This document shows, one piece after another, positions 40,938 to 50,685 of a stretch of DNA of 64,000 nt. The stretch spans positions 224,001 to 288,000 of the forward strand of contig CAVTCR010000062.1 of assembly GCA_963733195.1 (NCBI GenBank), given 5' to 3'. The notes beneath the pieces were generated by a model. That model made no database searches. It had not been told where the DNA came from and saw only the letters and a program-made list of their open reading frames with translations. Position 1 is the first letter of the stretch; each line of letters opens with the position of its first letter. The translations under genes were made by a program, and so were the position numbers. This DNA is from an uncultured delta proteobacterium. GTDB taxonomy: Bacteria > Desulfobacterota > Binatia > Bin18.

Positions 40938-42272
40938 ATGGACCTCAACAACATTCTCCAGCTGATTCCCGATTATCAAGACTTCCTCACCCTCGACGAA
41001 CTGCATGAAAGCTCGCGACGGCTGGTCGACGAATTCCCTGGACTTGCAAAACTGCAGGTGATTGGTGAATCTACAGAAGGGCGATCAATCGAACTGCTTA
41101 CCATTGGTCATGGGAAACGTACTGCACTGTTTCTTGGTGCGCCTCATCCCAATGAACCCATCGGTGTTCTGACGCTAGAATTCCTAAGCCGTTTACTGTG
41201 TGAACAGTCGGATCTGCGAGAGCAATTAGATTGTACCTTTCTGATCGTTAAGGCATCTGATCCTGATGGTCTCGCCCTGAACGAAGGCTGGTTCAAAGGT
41301 GCCTTTTCGCCGCTTAAGTATGCGCTGAATTACTACCGCCCTCCCCAAGATGAGCAGGTAGAGTGGGGATTTCCTATTCATTATAAGACGCTGCATTTCA
41401 CTACACCGCCAGCAGAGACACAGGTAGTGATGCAGCTCATGCAGCAATATCGACCAGAGTTTCTCTATAGTCTCCATAACGCCAGCTTTTGCGGCGTGTA
41501 CTTTTATCTCTCGCGCCATCTGCCAGCGTTATTCCCCCAACTTCACCAACTCGTGGCGGATCACAGGTTGCCGTTGCATCAAGGCGAGCCCGAAGTACCG
41601 TATATTCAAGCGTGGGACCGCGCAATCTATCCATTATTTGGTGCACAGGAAGGATATGATTTCCTCGCTAAGAACCTCGGAGAAGATCCAGCGCCATATT
41701 TCTCAACCGGAACTAGTTCCGATGACTATCTCAAAACATTAGTTCCCCATGCACTCTCGCTTATCTGTGAGCTACCATATTACACCGATCCCATTCTTGA
41801 AGACGAAAGCCTTGCCAGCGTGTCGCGGCGCGAGGCTATGGAAGAAGGGTTACGGCGTACTGAAACGACGGTGCGGATTCTTGAGACTCATTTCGGCGCT
41901 CTACGCGAACGACTACCGCAGAACCGTTTGTTCCGTTCAGTGGCTGAATATCTGCGCAGGACGCCCAAACGGCTCATCGCCCAACGCAATGCATTAACTG
42001 CTCCCACGTATCAGCAAGAGGCAACACAAGCCCAGGCTTTCGACGCACGTGTCTGTCGCAGTTTTCATTGTCTCCTCTATTTAGGAGAACTGTATCGCTT
42101 AGCTACTGCTCTTGGTGAAAGAGACAGAGCCACAGCCATGCGCACTCATATTGAAGAGCGGATGGCACAGATTGGGACTGAAGGGGCGCTGCAGATACTA
42201 CCGCTGCAAAAGCTAGTAGCGATTCAAACGGGGAGTGGGTTGCTCGCGCTTACGGCACTTACTGGCGATTGA
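40938..42272 (+). CDS. M14 zinc carboxypeptidase family protein
   Basis: IGESTEGR, GAPHPNEP (HxxE), DPDG, YSLHN; RBS AGGAGG. Confidence 0.82.
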   Translation: MDLNNILQLIPDYQDFLTLDELHESSRRLVDEFPGLAKLQVIGESTEGRSIELLTIGHGKRTALFLGAPHPNEPIGVLTLEFLSRLLCEQSDLREQLDCTFLIVKASDPDGLALNEGWFKGAFSPLKYALNYYRPPQDEQVEWGFPIHYKTLHFTTPPAETQVVMQLMQQYRPEFLYSLHNASFCGVYFYLSRHLPALFPQLHQLVADHRLPLHQGEPEVPYIQAWDRAIYPLFGAQEGYDFLAKNLGEDPAPYFSTGTSSDDYLKTLVPHALSLICELPYYTDPILEDESLASVSRREAMEEGLRRTETTVRILETHFGALRERLPQNRLFRSVAEYLRRTPKRLIAQRNALTAPTYQQEATQAQAFDARVCRSFHCLLYLGELYRLATALGERDRATAMRTHIEERMAQIGTEGALQILPLQKLVAIQTGSGLLALTALTGD

Positions 42273-42862
42273 AAAGCGTGAAGAGCCGCTGACCAATGAG
42301 GCCGATCAAAGGAGGCAGCAGCAGGCTCGGGATCGCACGTGCTGCTGCAAACGGCCAGCCCAGGAACGGCACCTCCCACGAAAACAAGCGGGTCGGGGAC
42401 AGCAGAGATTTAGCAGTAATAAACGTCACCAATGGACCAACACCCACGCCTTGATTGAACAGTGATGCGGCAATGGGAAACACTACGTAAGGACCACCAG
42501 GCATAGCCAATCCAATGAGCCAGCCAATCAGAGATTCCTTTGGTACCGGACTGTTCGCCCATCCATTTGACGAGAAACTCGCGCGGCACCAGCACATCAA
42601 AAAACCCCGCCAGCAGAAATCCTAGTAGCAGCGGCAACCACACATCTTGTAAGAGTGTCCACGATGTCTGCAACCCCCGTAGTGGCAGGTCTGGACCTTT
42701 CATATACGCCAGGATGACCAACAATAGGGTCAAACCACCCATAACGAAGACGGAGGAGTCCACGCCCTTCTTCCCCTTTTGCCGACCACGTGCATTTGCT
42801 GCAGCCGCCGGCTTTTCTGTCGCTTTCGAGTTAGCTGCTCCGGATTCCATAGGGGTACTCAT
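42259..42862 (-). CDS. Small permease (DUF318/ArsP-like), frameshifted
   Basis: Hydrophobic; PLLLGFLLAG, W.GEQSG, PGGPYVVFPIAA, GPLVTFIT; ATGA overlap with the pqqE stop. Confidence 0.75.
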
Positions 42863-43965
42863 AAACGACTCAATAACCGCTCACTATTTTTCTGGTCGCG
42901 GTACACGAGCGGAGCCTCACCGCCTTGCTCGGCTGCAGCGACTGCGTCAACGACGACATCATGATGAGGCGACAGGTGACAGACGGGATCAGTAGCTGCA
43001 GGATCTCCGGTCAATAAAAAGGCCTGACAGCGACAACCGCCAAAATCTGTCGTTTTCTTTGGACAACTTCTACACGGCTCTTGCATCCAGGCGTCGCCGC
43101 GAAAGGCGTTGAGCGCCGGAGACTCACGCCATATCGTAGTTAATGATTGCTGTTGCACACTATCAAAGTGCAGATTCGGAATAGTGTGCGCCGCGTGGCA
43201 TGGCAAAACCTCACCAGTGGGAGTGATAAGCATGTAGGTCCGGGCCCAGCCACCCATACAAGGTTTGGGTTCTGGGGTGAGATAGTCGACTTGCACAAAG
43301 ACGATTTCCATGGTGCCGCGATACCGCTCGCGCGCTTCGCGGGCAATGCGGGCTGCTTCATCGCGCTGTGCCTGTGTTGGTAACAAGGCGTTACGATTTT
43401 CCAGCGCCCACGAATAGTATTGACTATTCGCCAGCTCTAACCGCTGGGCACCAAGCTCTGCCCCAAGAGCGATCAACTCCGGAACATGGCTGATGTTATA
43501 ACGATGGACCACTACATTCAGTGTCAGCGGAAATCCGAGCTTCTTAATCTGACGCGCAATTTCGAGCTTTTTATCGTACGAACGAATCCCGGCGATGAGT
43601 TCAGCCGTGTCCCGATTGGTATCCTGAATACTCAACTGCACGTGATCGAGTCCGCAGTCACGAAACTCTTGCAAGTCATCTTCGCTCAGCAACGTACCAC
43701 CAGTAATCAGATTAGTGTACAAATCACATTGTCGCGCATGTCGTATCAGGGCAGGTAGGTCTTTGCGGACTGTCGGTTCACCCCCTGAGAGATGGAGTTG
43801 GACAACACCCAATTCAGCCGCTTCGGAAAATACTCGACACCACTGCTCAGTACTCATTTCGCCTTTTCTGAGCTGTAGGTCGATTGGGTTCGAGCAATAG
43901 GGACAGCGCAATGGACAGCGATACGTGAACTCAGCTACGAGGGTGTAGGGACGAGGAGCAGCCAT
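42859..43965 (-). CDS. pqqE: PQQ biosynthesis radical SAM/SPASM protein
   Basis: AEFTYRCPLRCPYCSNP, PKPCMGGW, LPCHAA, CRSC..DFGGCRCQA. Confidence 0.96.
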   Translation of the reverse strand: MAAPRPYTLVAEFTYRCPLRCPYCSNPIDLQLRKGEMSTEQWCRVFSEAAELGVVQLHLSGGEPTVRKDLPALIRHARQCDLYTNLITGGTLLSEDDLQEFRDCGLDHVQLSIQDTNRDTAELIAGIRSYDKKLEIARQIKKLGFPLTLNVVVHRYNISHVPELIALGAELGAQRLELANSQYYSWALENRNALLPTQAQRDEAARIAREARERYRGTMEIVFVQVDYLTPEPKPCMGGWARTYMLITPTGEVLPCHAAHTIPNLHFDSVQQQSLTTIWRESPALNAFRGDAWMQEPCRSCPKKTTDFGGCRCQAFLLTGDPAATDPVCHLSPHHDVVVDAVAAAEQGGEAPLVYRDQKNSERLLSRL

Positions 43966-43993
43966 AGAGGTTTCCTAAATCATTTGTTCCGGT

Positions 43994-44092
43994 TACCGTT
44001 CATGCTTCGACTCCACCCTGCGGGTTACGCTCAGCACGAACGGATAGAAAAACCGCTCGTCCTGAGCGTAGCGGAGCGAAGTCGAAGGGCGC
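43994..44092. repeat. Composite REP-like palindrome between pqqD and pqqE
   Basis: CCGTTCATGCTTCGACT...GCTCAGCACGAACGG + CCGCTCGTCCTGAGCGTAGC..GAAGTCGAAGGGC. Confidence 0.65.
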
Positions 44093-44131
44093 ACACTGCG
44101 TGACACATCTCGTTTAGGTTCCCTATATACT

Positions 44132-44412
44132 TTACGACTCCAACAATCCACGTGTTTGTAAGCGTGAAGTAATATTGAAACTTCTTGGGCAATCACGTTT
44201 CGATCCACCCCAGTAAACTGTTCAACGAGTGCATCGACAATCTGCTCGACCAAGCGCTCGCCATCGCACAGTTTGAGAATCGCTGCCGCGCTGTCATTTA
44301 ACACCAGCGCAGCTTCAGGAAATACCAACATATGCTTCTTTTCGACTGCGTCCCAGCGTAAGCGGGCTTTCGAGGCGAGCCGTGGGCGAAAATCAGGTGG
44401 TAGTTCAGCCAT
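44132..44412 (-). CDS. pqqD: PQQ peptide chaperone (RRE), 1-nt frameshift near the end
   Basis: RPRL...RLRWDAVEKKHMLVFPEAALVLNDSAAAILKLCDG; corrected end RLQTRGLLES*. Confidence 0.9.
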
Positions 44413-44423
44413 CGAGCAGATGC

Positions 44424-45164
44424 TCACTTTCCCCACAAAGGTGGCGGCAATCCTGGAGTGACATAGGCGAAATGGACCGCATCGAGCAGACTCCACAGAA
44501 TATGGCACTTCGTCGTTAATACACGAACGACACGCTCTTGTAGATCACGAGTTGTGCAGTTGGTCACAACGTACTCAAGACCGTACTCGACATCACGTGG
44601 AGCCTGAATGAGACGCGAACGGAAATACTCAAGTCCGCGTTTCTCCACCCACGGATAATGCTCCTCAAAGGCTGGTAATCGTCGTGACATCAGTGTTGGG
44701 GCAAAGAGTTCGGTGAGCGATGAGCCTACTGCCTCAACCAAAGAATGGGTCTGCACCAGTGTCAAATAGGCATCTACGGCAAACCGTACAGCTGGTAGCA
44801 CGAAACGGAGACTTTCCATGTCTTCTCGACGCAAACCAGCAGCCTCACCCAACACCAGCCATTTGTGAATGCCGCCGGCTTCTTGGCCAGGAGTACCATC
44901 GTGGTCAATAATACGCTGGATCCATGCTCGCCGTTCAGCTGGAGTAGTCATCTTCGCCATGATCACCGAATCTTTCTTAGGAATCATGACTTGATAATAA
45001 AAGCGATTCTCAATCCACGCTTGCAGTTGGCGTTTGGTGAGTTTGCCTTCATGCATTAACACATGGAACGGGTGCTTATCGTGATACCCTTCTTCACCCA
45101 CAGCGCGCAGCCGCTGCACAAACTCGTCGCGGGATAAAAGTGGTTGGTTCGCAGTTGTACTCAT
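44424..45164 (-). CDS. pqqC: Pyrroloquinoline-quinone synthase
   Basis: [49 protein letters not shown]. Confidence 0.96.
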   Translation of the reverse strand: MSTTANQPLLSRDEFVQRLRAVGEEGYHDKHPFHVLMHEGKLTKRQLQAWIENRFYYQVMIPKKDSVIMAKMTTPAERRAWIQRIIDHDGTPGQEAGGIHKWLVLGEAAGLRREDMESLRFVLPAVRFAVDAYLTLVQTHSLVEAVGSSLTELFAPTLMSRRLPAFEEHYPWVEKRGLEYFRSRLIQAPRDVEYGLEYVVTNCTTRDLQERVVRVLTTKCHILWSLLDAVHFAYVTPGLPPPLWGK

Positions 45165-45199
45165 GTACGCGTCTCAGTCTCTAACGTTCACTAACTACT

Positions 45200-46124
45200 T
45201 CAGACATCGAATTCCATACCATCAAATGCCACCTCCCAACCAGCCTCAGCAACAATGCGCCGTTCGGGCGCATCCTCGAGGAGGAGCGGATTAGTGTTAT
45301 TCATATGCGTATAAATTTTTCGCATCCGTTGCAACATCGCCAGTTGCACCAAACTGCCCGATGGTCCACTGATTGGCACATGCCCCATTGAGAGAGAGGT
45401 CTTCTGCGAGAGCCCCAAGCGCACTAACTCATCGTCCGACCAACAAGTCCCATCGAAAAAAAAGCAATCACAATTTTCCAACATCGTCCTGACGACACTA
45501 TCAATGTGTTTTACGGCAGGTAGATAGACCAGCGTCCGTCCACTCACATCATCAATCACCTTGTAAGCAATGGTGGCCTCATCTGACTCCGGGACCAAGT
45601 CCAGTCAGATATGCTGGAGGTTTTCCTGGTACAAGTACCGCCTCAAAGGAGAGGCCACTGCGCTTCCCGTCGATACCTACGAGTTCTTGTCGCACAGCTG
45701 GGCGGACTATTTCCCAGCGGCTTGTTGTTGGCGCGCGGAACAAACCGCGAAAGACGGCATTCGTCTCTAACACCCACTGTTGTACCTGCGCAGTTGAATA
45801 GATACACAAGGGTTGTGATTCTCGCAGGGAGAGGAGGCCGGTAATATGATCAATTTCACCGTTGGTGAGTAGGATCGCTTGGATCGGCGTGTCCCTTGGC
45901 ACTACTCGCGGCGATAAACATGGTGAAGCGTTGATTTGCTGGCGGATGTCAGGGCTGGCATTGAGAAGGTACCAGCGCTGTCCGTCTGCACTAAGGGCCA
46001 GCGAAGATTGCGTTCGGGCTTGAGCGCGTAAGGTGCCTGAACGAAACCCCCGGCAATTGACACAATTGCAGTTCCACTGCGGGAAGCCACCACCTGCTGC
46101 TGATCCCAGCACTCTCACCTGCAC
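45200..46124 (-). CDS. pqqB: PQQ biosynthesis protein B (frameshift near 45590)
   Basis: [44 protein letters not shown]. Confidence 0.95.
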
Positions 46125-46246
46125 GTGGCGCTCTCCTTAATGACTCAAGAATTTGCAAATCCCGTTAGGACATGGGAAAACAAAAAGACGGAGCTTCTCC
46201 TTGTTGTTCAGAAGAAGCCCGTCTGTAGAAGCCTGAAGAAAGTCAC

Positions 46247-46323
46247 TTATTCTGCAACAAAAATATATGAGCTGACTTCTGCGTCCATCCGCACTTCGAC
46301 AAATCGGGAGTGGTCCATGCCAT
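46247..46323 (-). CDS. pqqA: PQQ precursor peptide (needs one T restored in a homopolymer)
   Basis: RBS AAGGAGG; with one T added at GATTTGTC it reads MAWTTPDFVEVRMDAEVSSYIFVAE*, ExxxY motif; directly upstream of pqqB. Confidence 0.85.
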
Positions 46324-46627
46324 GTGCGAATCACCTCCTTATCATAGCAGTCTCTACAAACTATATCGTCAGAAATGGTTTGTCTATAACAAACGGGACA
46401 TTGCCCTATTGTCAACCATATGCCAGAGATAATGTTGCTCACTCTTAATCGTCAGCAACATCTCAACGATCTGGGGTCAGCAGAATTGTTGCTGGGGTAC
46501 TAAAACCATGAAAATCGGCTTGTAATCCGCTATGACATCTGAAGCACGACCTCCGATGGGCAGGCTAAGTCTAACGTGGGCAAGTGAAGTAGACGAATGG
46601 TCTGTGTTTTGGCTTAGTTTCTGTAGT

Positions 46628-47290
46628 ATGTCAACCTCACTTCATTCCTCGACTGACGCCGCTTACCCACCTGCACTCCACCTCCATCTGGGTAGTGATG
46701 CTCCAGCGACACTGACTACCCGAGGTAATCTCAACATTTTGCATGATCACCGGCACCGCCCCCTGTTCGCGCTCTTTTGCTCAATCCAGTGTCCACCGGC
46801 ACTGATTCTACAAACCTACGAGCTTGCTCATGCGTTACGTGATGCTGGGGTCACAGTCATCAGCGGTTTTCACTCACCGATGGAGAAGGAATGTCTTTCG
46901 ATTCTTCTCCAAGGAACACAACCGGTGATTCTTTGCCCAGCTCGCAGCCTCGAAGGGATCAGCATCTCTACTGAAAAGAAAACCGCACTAGAGCAAGGAC
47001 GATTACTGTTCCTAACACCGTTCACAGCCAAAGAACGTCGTCCGACCACTAATCGCGCACAAGAGCGCAATGCACTCGTTGCCGCACTTGCCGACATCGT
47101 CTTCGTTGCCCATGCTGCACCTGGCGGAAAAACCGAGAAGTTTTGCAAGGACATACTCGCCTGGAAAAAACCTGTGCTTACACTTGATAGTCACGAGAAC
47201 ACCCATCTGTTTTCGCTGGGCATTAACATCGTGCGGCCTGAACAGATTGGCAAGCGAGGTGAACTTTTCGTTGTGGATGAGGAGGAATAG
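46628..47290 (+). CDS. Short DprA/Smf (SLOG) domain protein
   Basis: ALFCS..CP, VISGFHSPMEKECL, ILCPARS, RNALVAALAD.VFVAHAAPGGKT. Confidence 0.75.
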   Translation: MSTSLHSSTDAAYPPALHLHLGSDAPATLTTRGNLNILHDHRHRPLFALFCSIQCPPALILQTYELAHALRDAGVTVISGFHSPMEKECLSILLQGTQPVILCPARSLEGISISTEKKTALEQGRLLFLTPFTAKERRPTTNRAQERNALVAALADIVFVAHAAPGGKTEKFCKDILAWKKPVLTLDSHENTHLFSLGINIVRPEQIGKRGELFVVDEEE

Positions 47291-47336
47291 AGATCACCCT
47301 AGTATTCTGGACTTGTGACGAGCACTCGTGGCGGCT

Positions 47337-47395
47337 CGTCATTCCGGGCAAGGCCGCGACTCGGAATCCAGGCACAGAAAACTGGATTCCCGCTC
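47337..47395. repeat. REP-like element, GTCATTCC..GGAATCC class (second copy 48306-48405)
   Basis: GTCATTCCGGGC...CGGAATCCAGG...CTGGATTCCCGC. Confidence 0.6.
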
Positions 47396-47490
47396 CCGGT
47401 AGAACCTGGGATGTCCAGTAGACTTGATACTGCGCGAAGTGACGGCTCCAGCTCATGTAGGGCGGGCTGTGCCCGCCACTTGATACAGCG

Positions 47491-48204
47491 TCAGAACTGC
47501 TCCACCGACGGACGAATATCGAACTCATGCACCCAGGTATCACGTGGTTGGGCGACTGCTTGCGCAACAACGCGAGCAATCGAGCGTGAATCGAGCATTC
47601 CCGCTTTGACTTCGCGCTCTTGACCAAGCGGGATATCGTCAATCCCGCCATCGATCACCACGTGAAAAACGTGAATGCCTTTTGCACCAAATTCGCGTGC
47701 ATTACACTGCGCCAGCGCCCGGAGGGCAAACTTTCCCGTGGCAAAGGCTGAGGACTTACCATATCCTTTCACGGAACTCGTTGCCCCAATATAGGCAACG
47801 GTCCCGCCCCCGTTCGCTAGCATGTCGGGGATCGCTTCTTTCGCGCACAAGAACGGCCCATACACACCACCACGTAGATTGTTCATGAAATCGCCAGCCG
47901 TGATGTCCAAGAACGAGCCACGTTTCGCTCCGCCACCAGCATTACACACCAGCAAATTCACCGGACCAAGTTCTTTGCGTACACGCGCAAACGTTTGTTT
48001 CACTTGTGCTTCATCAGTAATATCAGTCGGCCAGAACATACAACGCTCCGCAAGTTTTCCTAACCCGGTGCGAATTTGTTCAAGCGAATTGGCATTGCGG
48101 GCCAGCGCAACAACGCGATACCCCTCCTGCGCAAATGTTTCGACAAAGCGAGCCCCGATTCCTGGACCGACACCAGCGACAACTGCAACCCGATCACTAG
48201 CCAT
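47491..48204 (-). CDS. SDR family NAD(P)-dependent oxidoreductase
   Basis: VAGVGPGIG, CNAG, GATSS..G...SAFATGKFALR (F at the catalytic Y position), HVVIDGGI. Confidence 0.88.
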   Translation of the reverse strand: MASDRVAVVAGVGPGIGARFVETFAQEGYRVVALARNANSLEQIRTGLGKLAERCMFWPTDITDEAQVKQTFARVRKELGPVNLLVCNAGGGAKRGSFLDITAGDFMNNLRGGVYGPFLCAKEAIPDMLANGGGTVAYIGATSSVKGYGKSSAFATGKFALRALAQCNAREFGAKGIHVFHVVIDGGIDDIPLGQEREVKAGMLDSRSIARVVAQAVAQPRDTWVHEFDIRPSVEQF

Positions 48205-48511
48205 AGTGTTCGTTCCTCCCGAAGATAATGATGCGAGACTGTACTCCAATCACTACGTAGAGACCACTAGCTCACCATGATGAAGACGGGGAGTAAATGG
48301 TGGGCACGTCATTCCGGGCGAGCAACGCGAGACCCGGAATCCAGGAGGCATAACCGGGGGCAAGTGCTCAATGCTCCTGGATGCCAGCCTTCGCTGGCAT
48401 GACGGACCTGAACCCCTCAAAATCAGCGTGGCTGACTACCACCCTTCTCTTCCAGCAGCAAAACTCTACATTTGACCAGGGAATATTTGCCACAAAAAAT
48501 GGAAAGAACTC

Positions 48512-48957
48512 ATGAAGTTTTCTGAAGTAGTGGCGCAATCGCTCGCGTGGCTTTAGCGTGAGGGGCGGATATCGTATCGAGCACTCAGATTAGAGTTTGA
48601 CCTCACCGATGATACGCTTGAAGCCCTGAAGGAAGAACTGATTGAGGTCAAAGAACTGGCGATTGATAAAGACGGCAAAATGCTAGTGTGGCGGAGCAAC
48701 AGCAGTCTAGAGTCCAGAGTCTAGAGTCAAAGAAGCAGAGGAATGCTTTCTGAAAGCCATCGAAATCGCTCAACGCCAGCAAGCCAAATCACTCAGAACT
48801 GCGCGCGACGGTAAGCCTCGCGCGGTTGTGGCAGAGTCAAGGCAAGCAACTCGCAGCACGCAACACGCTGTCCGCCATCTACAACTGGTTCACCGAAGGC
48901 TTTGACACGAAAGACTTGCAAGAGGCGAAGACGCTGATCGAGGAATTGAGTCATTGA
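48512..48957 (+). pseudogene. Internally deleted relic of a large adenylate cyclase/AAA/TPR-type gene
   Basis: N-terminus MKFSEVV..WL*REGRISYRALRLEFDL..LKEELI..LVW joined via AGTCTAGAGTCCAGAGTCTAGAGTC to C-terminus EAEECF..ELRA..LARLW..WFTEGFDTKDLQEAK. Confidence 0.75.
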
Positions 48958-48993
48958 AACATTGAGCCATTGAAGGATTGAACCGGTGAATGA

Positions 48994-49293
48994 TCAGGGT
49001 GTTGAGCGCACCAATGACCCGTCTGGTCCTTCGGAGGCTAGCCGTTCCGCAATCCACATTGCAGCAAGATGAGTAGGCCCAATCTGTTTCTGACGCGCCA
49101 GACGTTTCAGTAGATTGAGGGTCTTCTCATCTAAGGCCACGGTTAACGCTCTCAGCGGCGGTCGTCGCAACCGCACCTTGACCGGTTGCCCTTCAGTAAA
49201 GAGGCGAGCAAAATCTTTGTCAGCAAGCTGATCCCACTCTTCCGCCTCCTCCTTTAACGCCTGTCGTTGTCGGGTAGTCAATTTCCGCGCCAT
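48994..49293 (-). CDS. Putative antitoxin (BrnA/CopG-like)
   Basis: EEAEEWD...LTVALDEKTLNLLKRLARQKQIGPTHLAAMWIAERL; overlaps the toxin. Confidence 0.7.
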   Translation of the reverse strand: MARKLTTRQRQALKEEAEEWDQLADKDFARLFTEGQPVKVRLRRPPLRALTVALDEKTLNLLKRLARQKQIGPTHLAAMWIAERLASEGPDGSLVRSTP

Positions 49294-49583
49294 CGTCGGT
49301 ACCTCCGTTGCGTCTGTGGCTCCATATCCAACGCTGTTACCGCACGCCATACTCCCCTCCGTGGGTAAGGAGCAATTACAGCGACAAGGCATCTGCCTGC
49401 GCAGGTCTGTCCAAATACCGTCCATCGAGTCTCTCTGATTCCACGACGGCGGCCACGCACGACCCAAGAAGGATAACAATCCTCATAGACAACTTCTTCA
49501 ACTTCCTCAGGAGAGACTCCATGCCGCACGATATGCTCAATATTATCCTCATCCCATTCCGCTTCGAGCGCCTGAAACCGCAC
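49278..49583 (-). CDS. BrnT-like toxin
   Basis: EWDEDNIEHIVRHGVSPEEVEEV, GQT..GRCLVAV, RAVTALDM. Confidence 0.75.
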   Translation of the reverse strand: MRFQALEAEWDEDNIEHIVRHGVSPEEVEEVVYEDCYPSWVVRGRRRGIRETRWTVFGQTCAGRCLVAVIAPYPRRGVWRAVTALDMEPQTQRRYRRWRGN

Positions 49584-49683
49584 GCCCGCAGGGTATCATA
49601 GGGGATTCTACGGAGAAAGTTCCTTACTATTTTCCACAATCTCTTTCTTTCAGCCATTGCCAAACCGCACCCCCAGGGCGTAT

Positions 49684-50592
49684 ATGTCACGCGAGAAAGG
49701 GCTGGTTGTGACAACTGGAGAACGACGACAACGTATTCTTGATGAAGTTGAAGCAGCAAGTTGGGTGCAAGATGGAATGACCATCGCGGTGGGCTCACCG
49801 GCACCGATGGCTTTGCTGCGACAAATTATTCGCCGTGGTGTGAAAAACCTAACGGTTGTCGACAGTGGCGTAACCCTTGATCTGTTAATTGCTGCAGGAT
49901 GTGTACGCAAAGTCGTCAGCTATTATGCGGGTGGCGGGTTTGGTGTCCCGGTGGCTCCAGCGTTTCGTCGTGCGGTTGAACGTGGCGAGATCGAGGTATG
50001 GGAATGCGAAGAAGGCATTCTCACAACTGGTTTGCAAGCAGCGGCTCAGGCATTACCGTTTTTACCTTGGCGCGGCGGCGTTGGAACGTCACTTCCTGAC
50101 GTCAACAAAGAACTCAAAGTGATACAAGACCCGATTCGCGGCGAGACACTCATCGCAGTGCCCCCAATCAAGCCTGACGTTGCCCTGCTCCATGCGGCCA
50201 CTGCTGACGCCTATGGTAATGTTCAGCATTGTGGCGGTCCGGGATGGCTTGATTTGTTTCTCTATCGAGCAGCGGACCGTACAATCGTGCAAGTCGAAAA
50301 GATCATTCCCAACGAAGAAATCCGGGCAAATCCGTGGGCAACAACTATCGGTGGTGCAGATGCGATCGTCCGCGCACCCTACGGCGCCCATCCCTTCTAT
50401 AGTCGAGGATATTACGTGCAGGACAACGCACATCTGCGGCAATATCTCGAGGCCTCAGCCGCGGCAGCACAGGAGAACCGACCCGAGTCGCTCACACAGT
50501 ATCTCAACCATTACTGTCGTGAGCCAGCGACCCTTGGGGATTATCTTGAACGGGTTGGCATTAAGCGGTTATTAGAGTTGTATGAATACTAA
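49684..50592 (+). CDS. CoA-transferase subunit A (GctA/IpdA-like)
   Basis: DGMTIAVG, PMALLRQIIR, LQAAAQALPFLP.RG, PDVALLHA..AD.YGN. Confidence 0.85.
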   Translation: MSREKGLVVTTGERRQRILDEVEAASWVQDGMTIAVGSPAPMALLRQIIRRGVKNLTVVDSGVTLDLLIAAGCVRKVVSYYAGGGFGVPVAPAFRRAVERGEIEVWECEEGILTTGLQAAAQALPFLPWRGGVGTSLPDVNKELKVIQDPIRGETLIAVPPIKPDVALLHAATADAYGNVQHCGGPGWLDLFLYRAADRTIVQVEKIIPNEEIRANPWATTIGGADAIVRAPYGAHPFYSRGYYVQDNAHLRQYLEASAAAAQENRPESLTQYLNHYCREPATLGDYLERVGIKRLLELYEY

Positions 50593-50685
50593 GACATGGC
50601 AAAAGAGAACGTGCGTTGAACGAAAAAACGCATCACTCGTTACGTATTGCGTATTAAGCTATGTTTTGAGTGAGAAGCGGAATTC

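Noticed and set aside
43993-44130. C-terminal extension of PqqD, and similar N-terminal extensions of ORFs 26615, 20070, 31271, 17140
   Set aside because: These are translations of REP or heptamer intergenic DNA caused by frameshift or longest-ORF calling
46395-46430. Sigma-54 promoter upstream of pqqA (TGGCAT-N5-TTGA)
   Set aside because: The -12 element is GA rather than the invariant GC
46125-46448. ORFs 46125..46448 (+) and 46137..46442 (-)
   Set aside because: They overlap the better-supported pqqA and its promoter region and show no recognisable features
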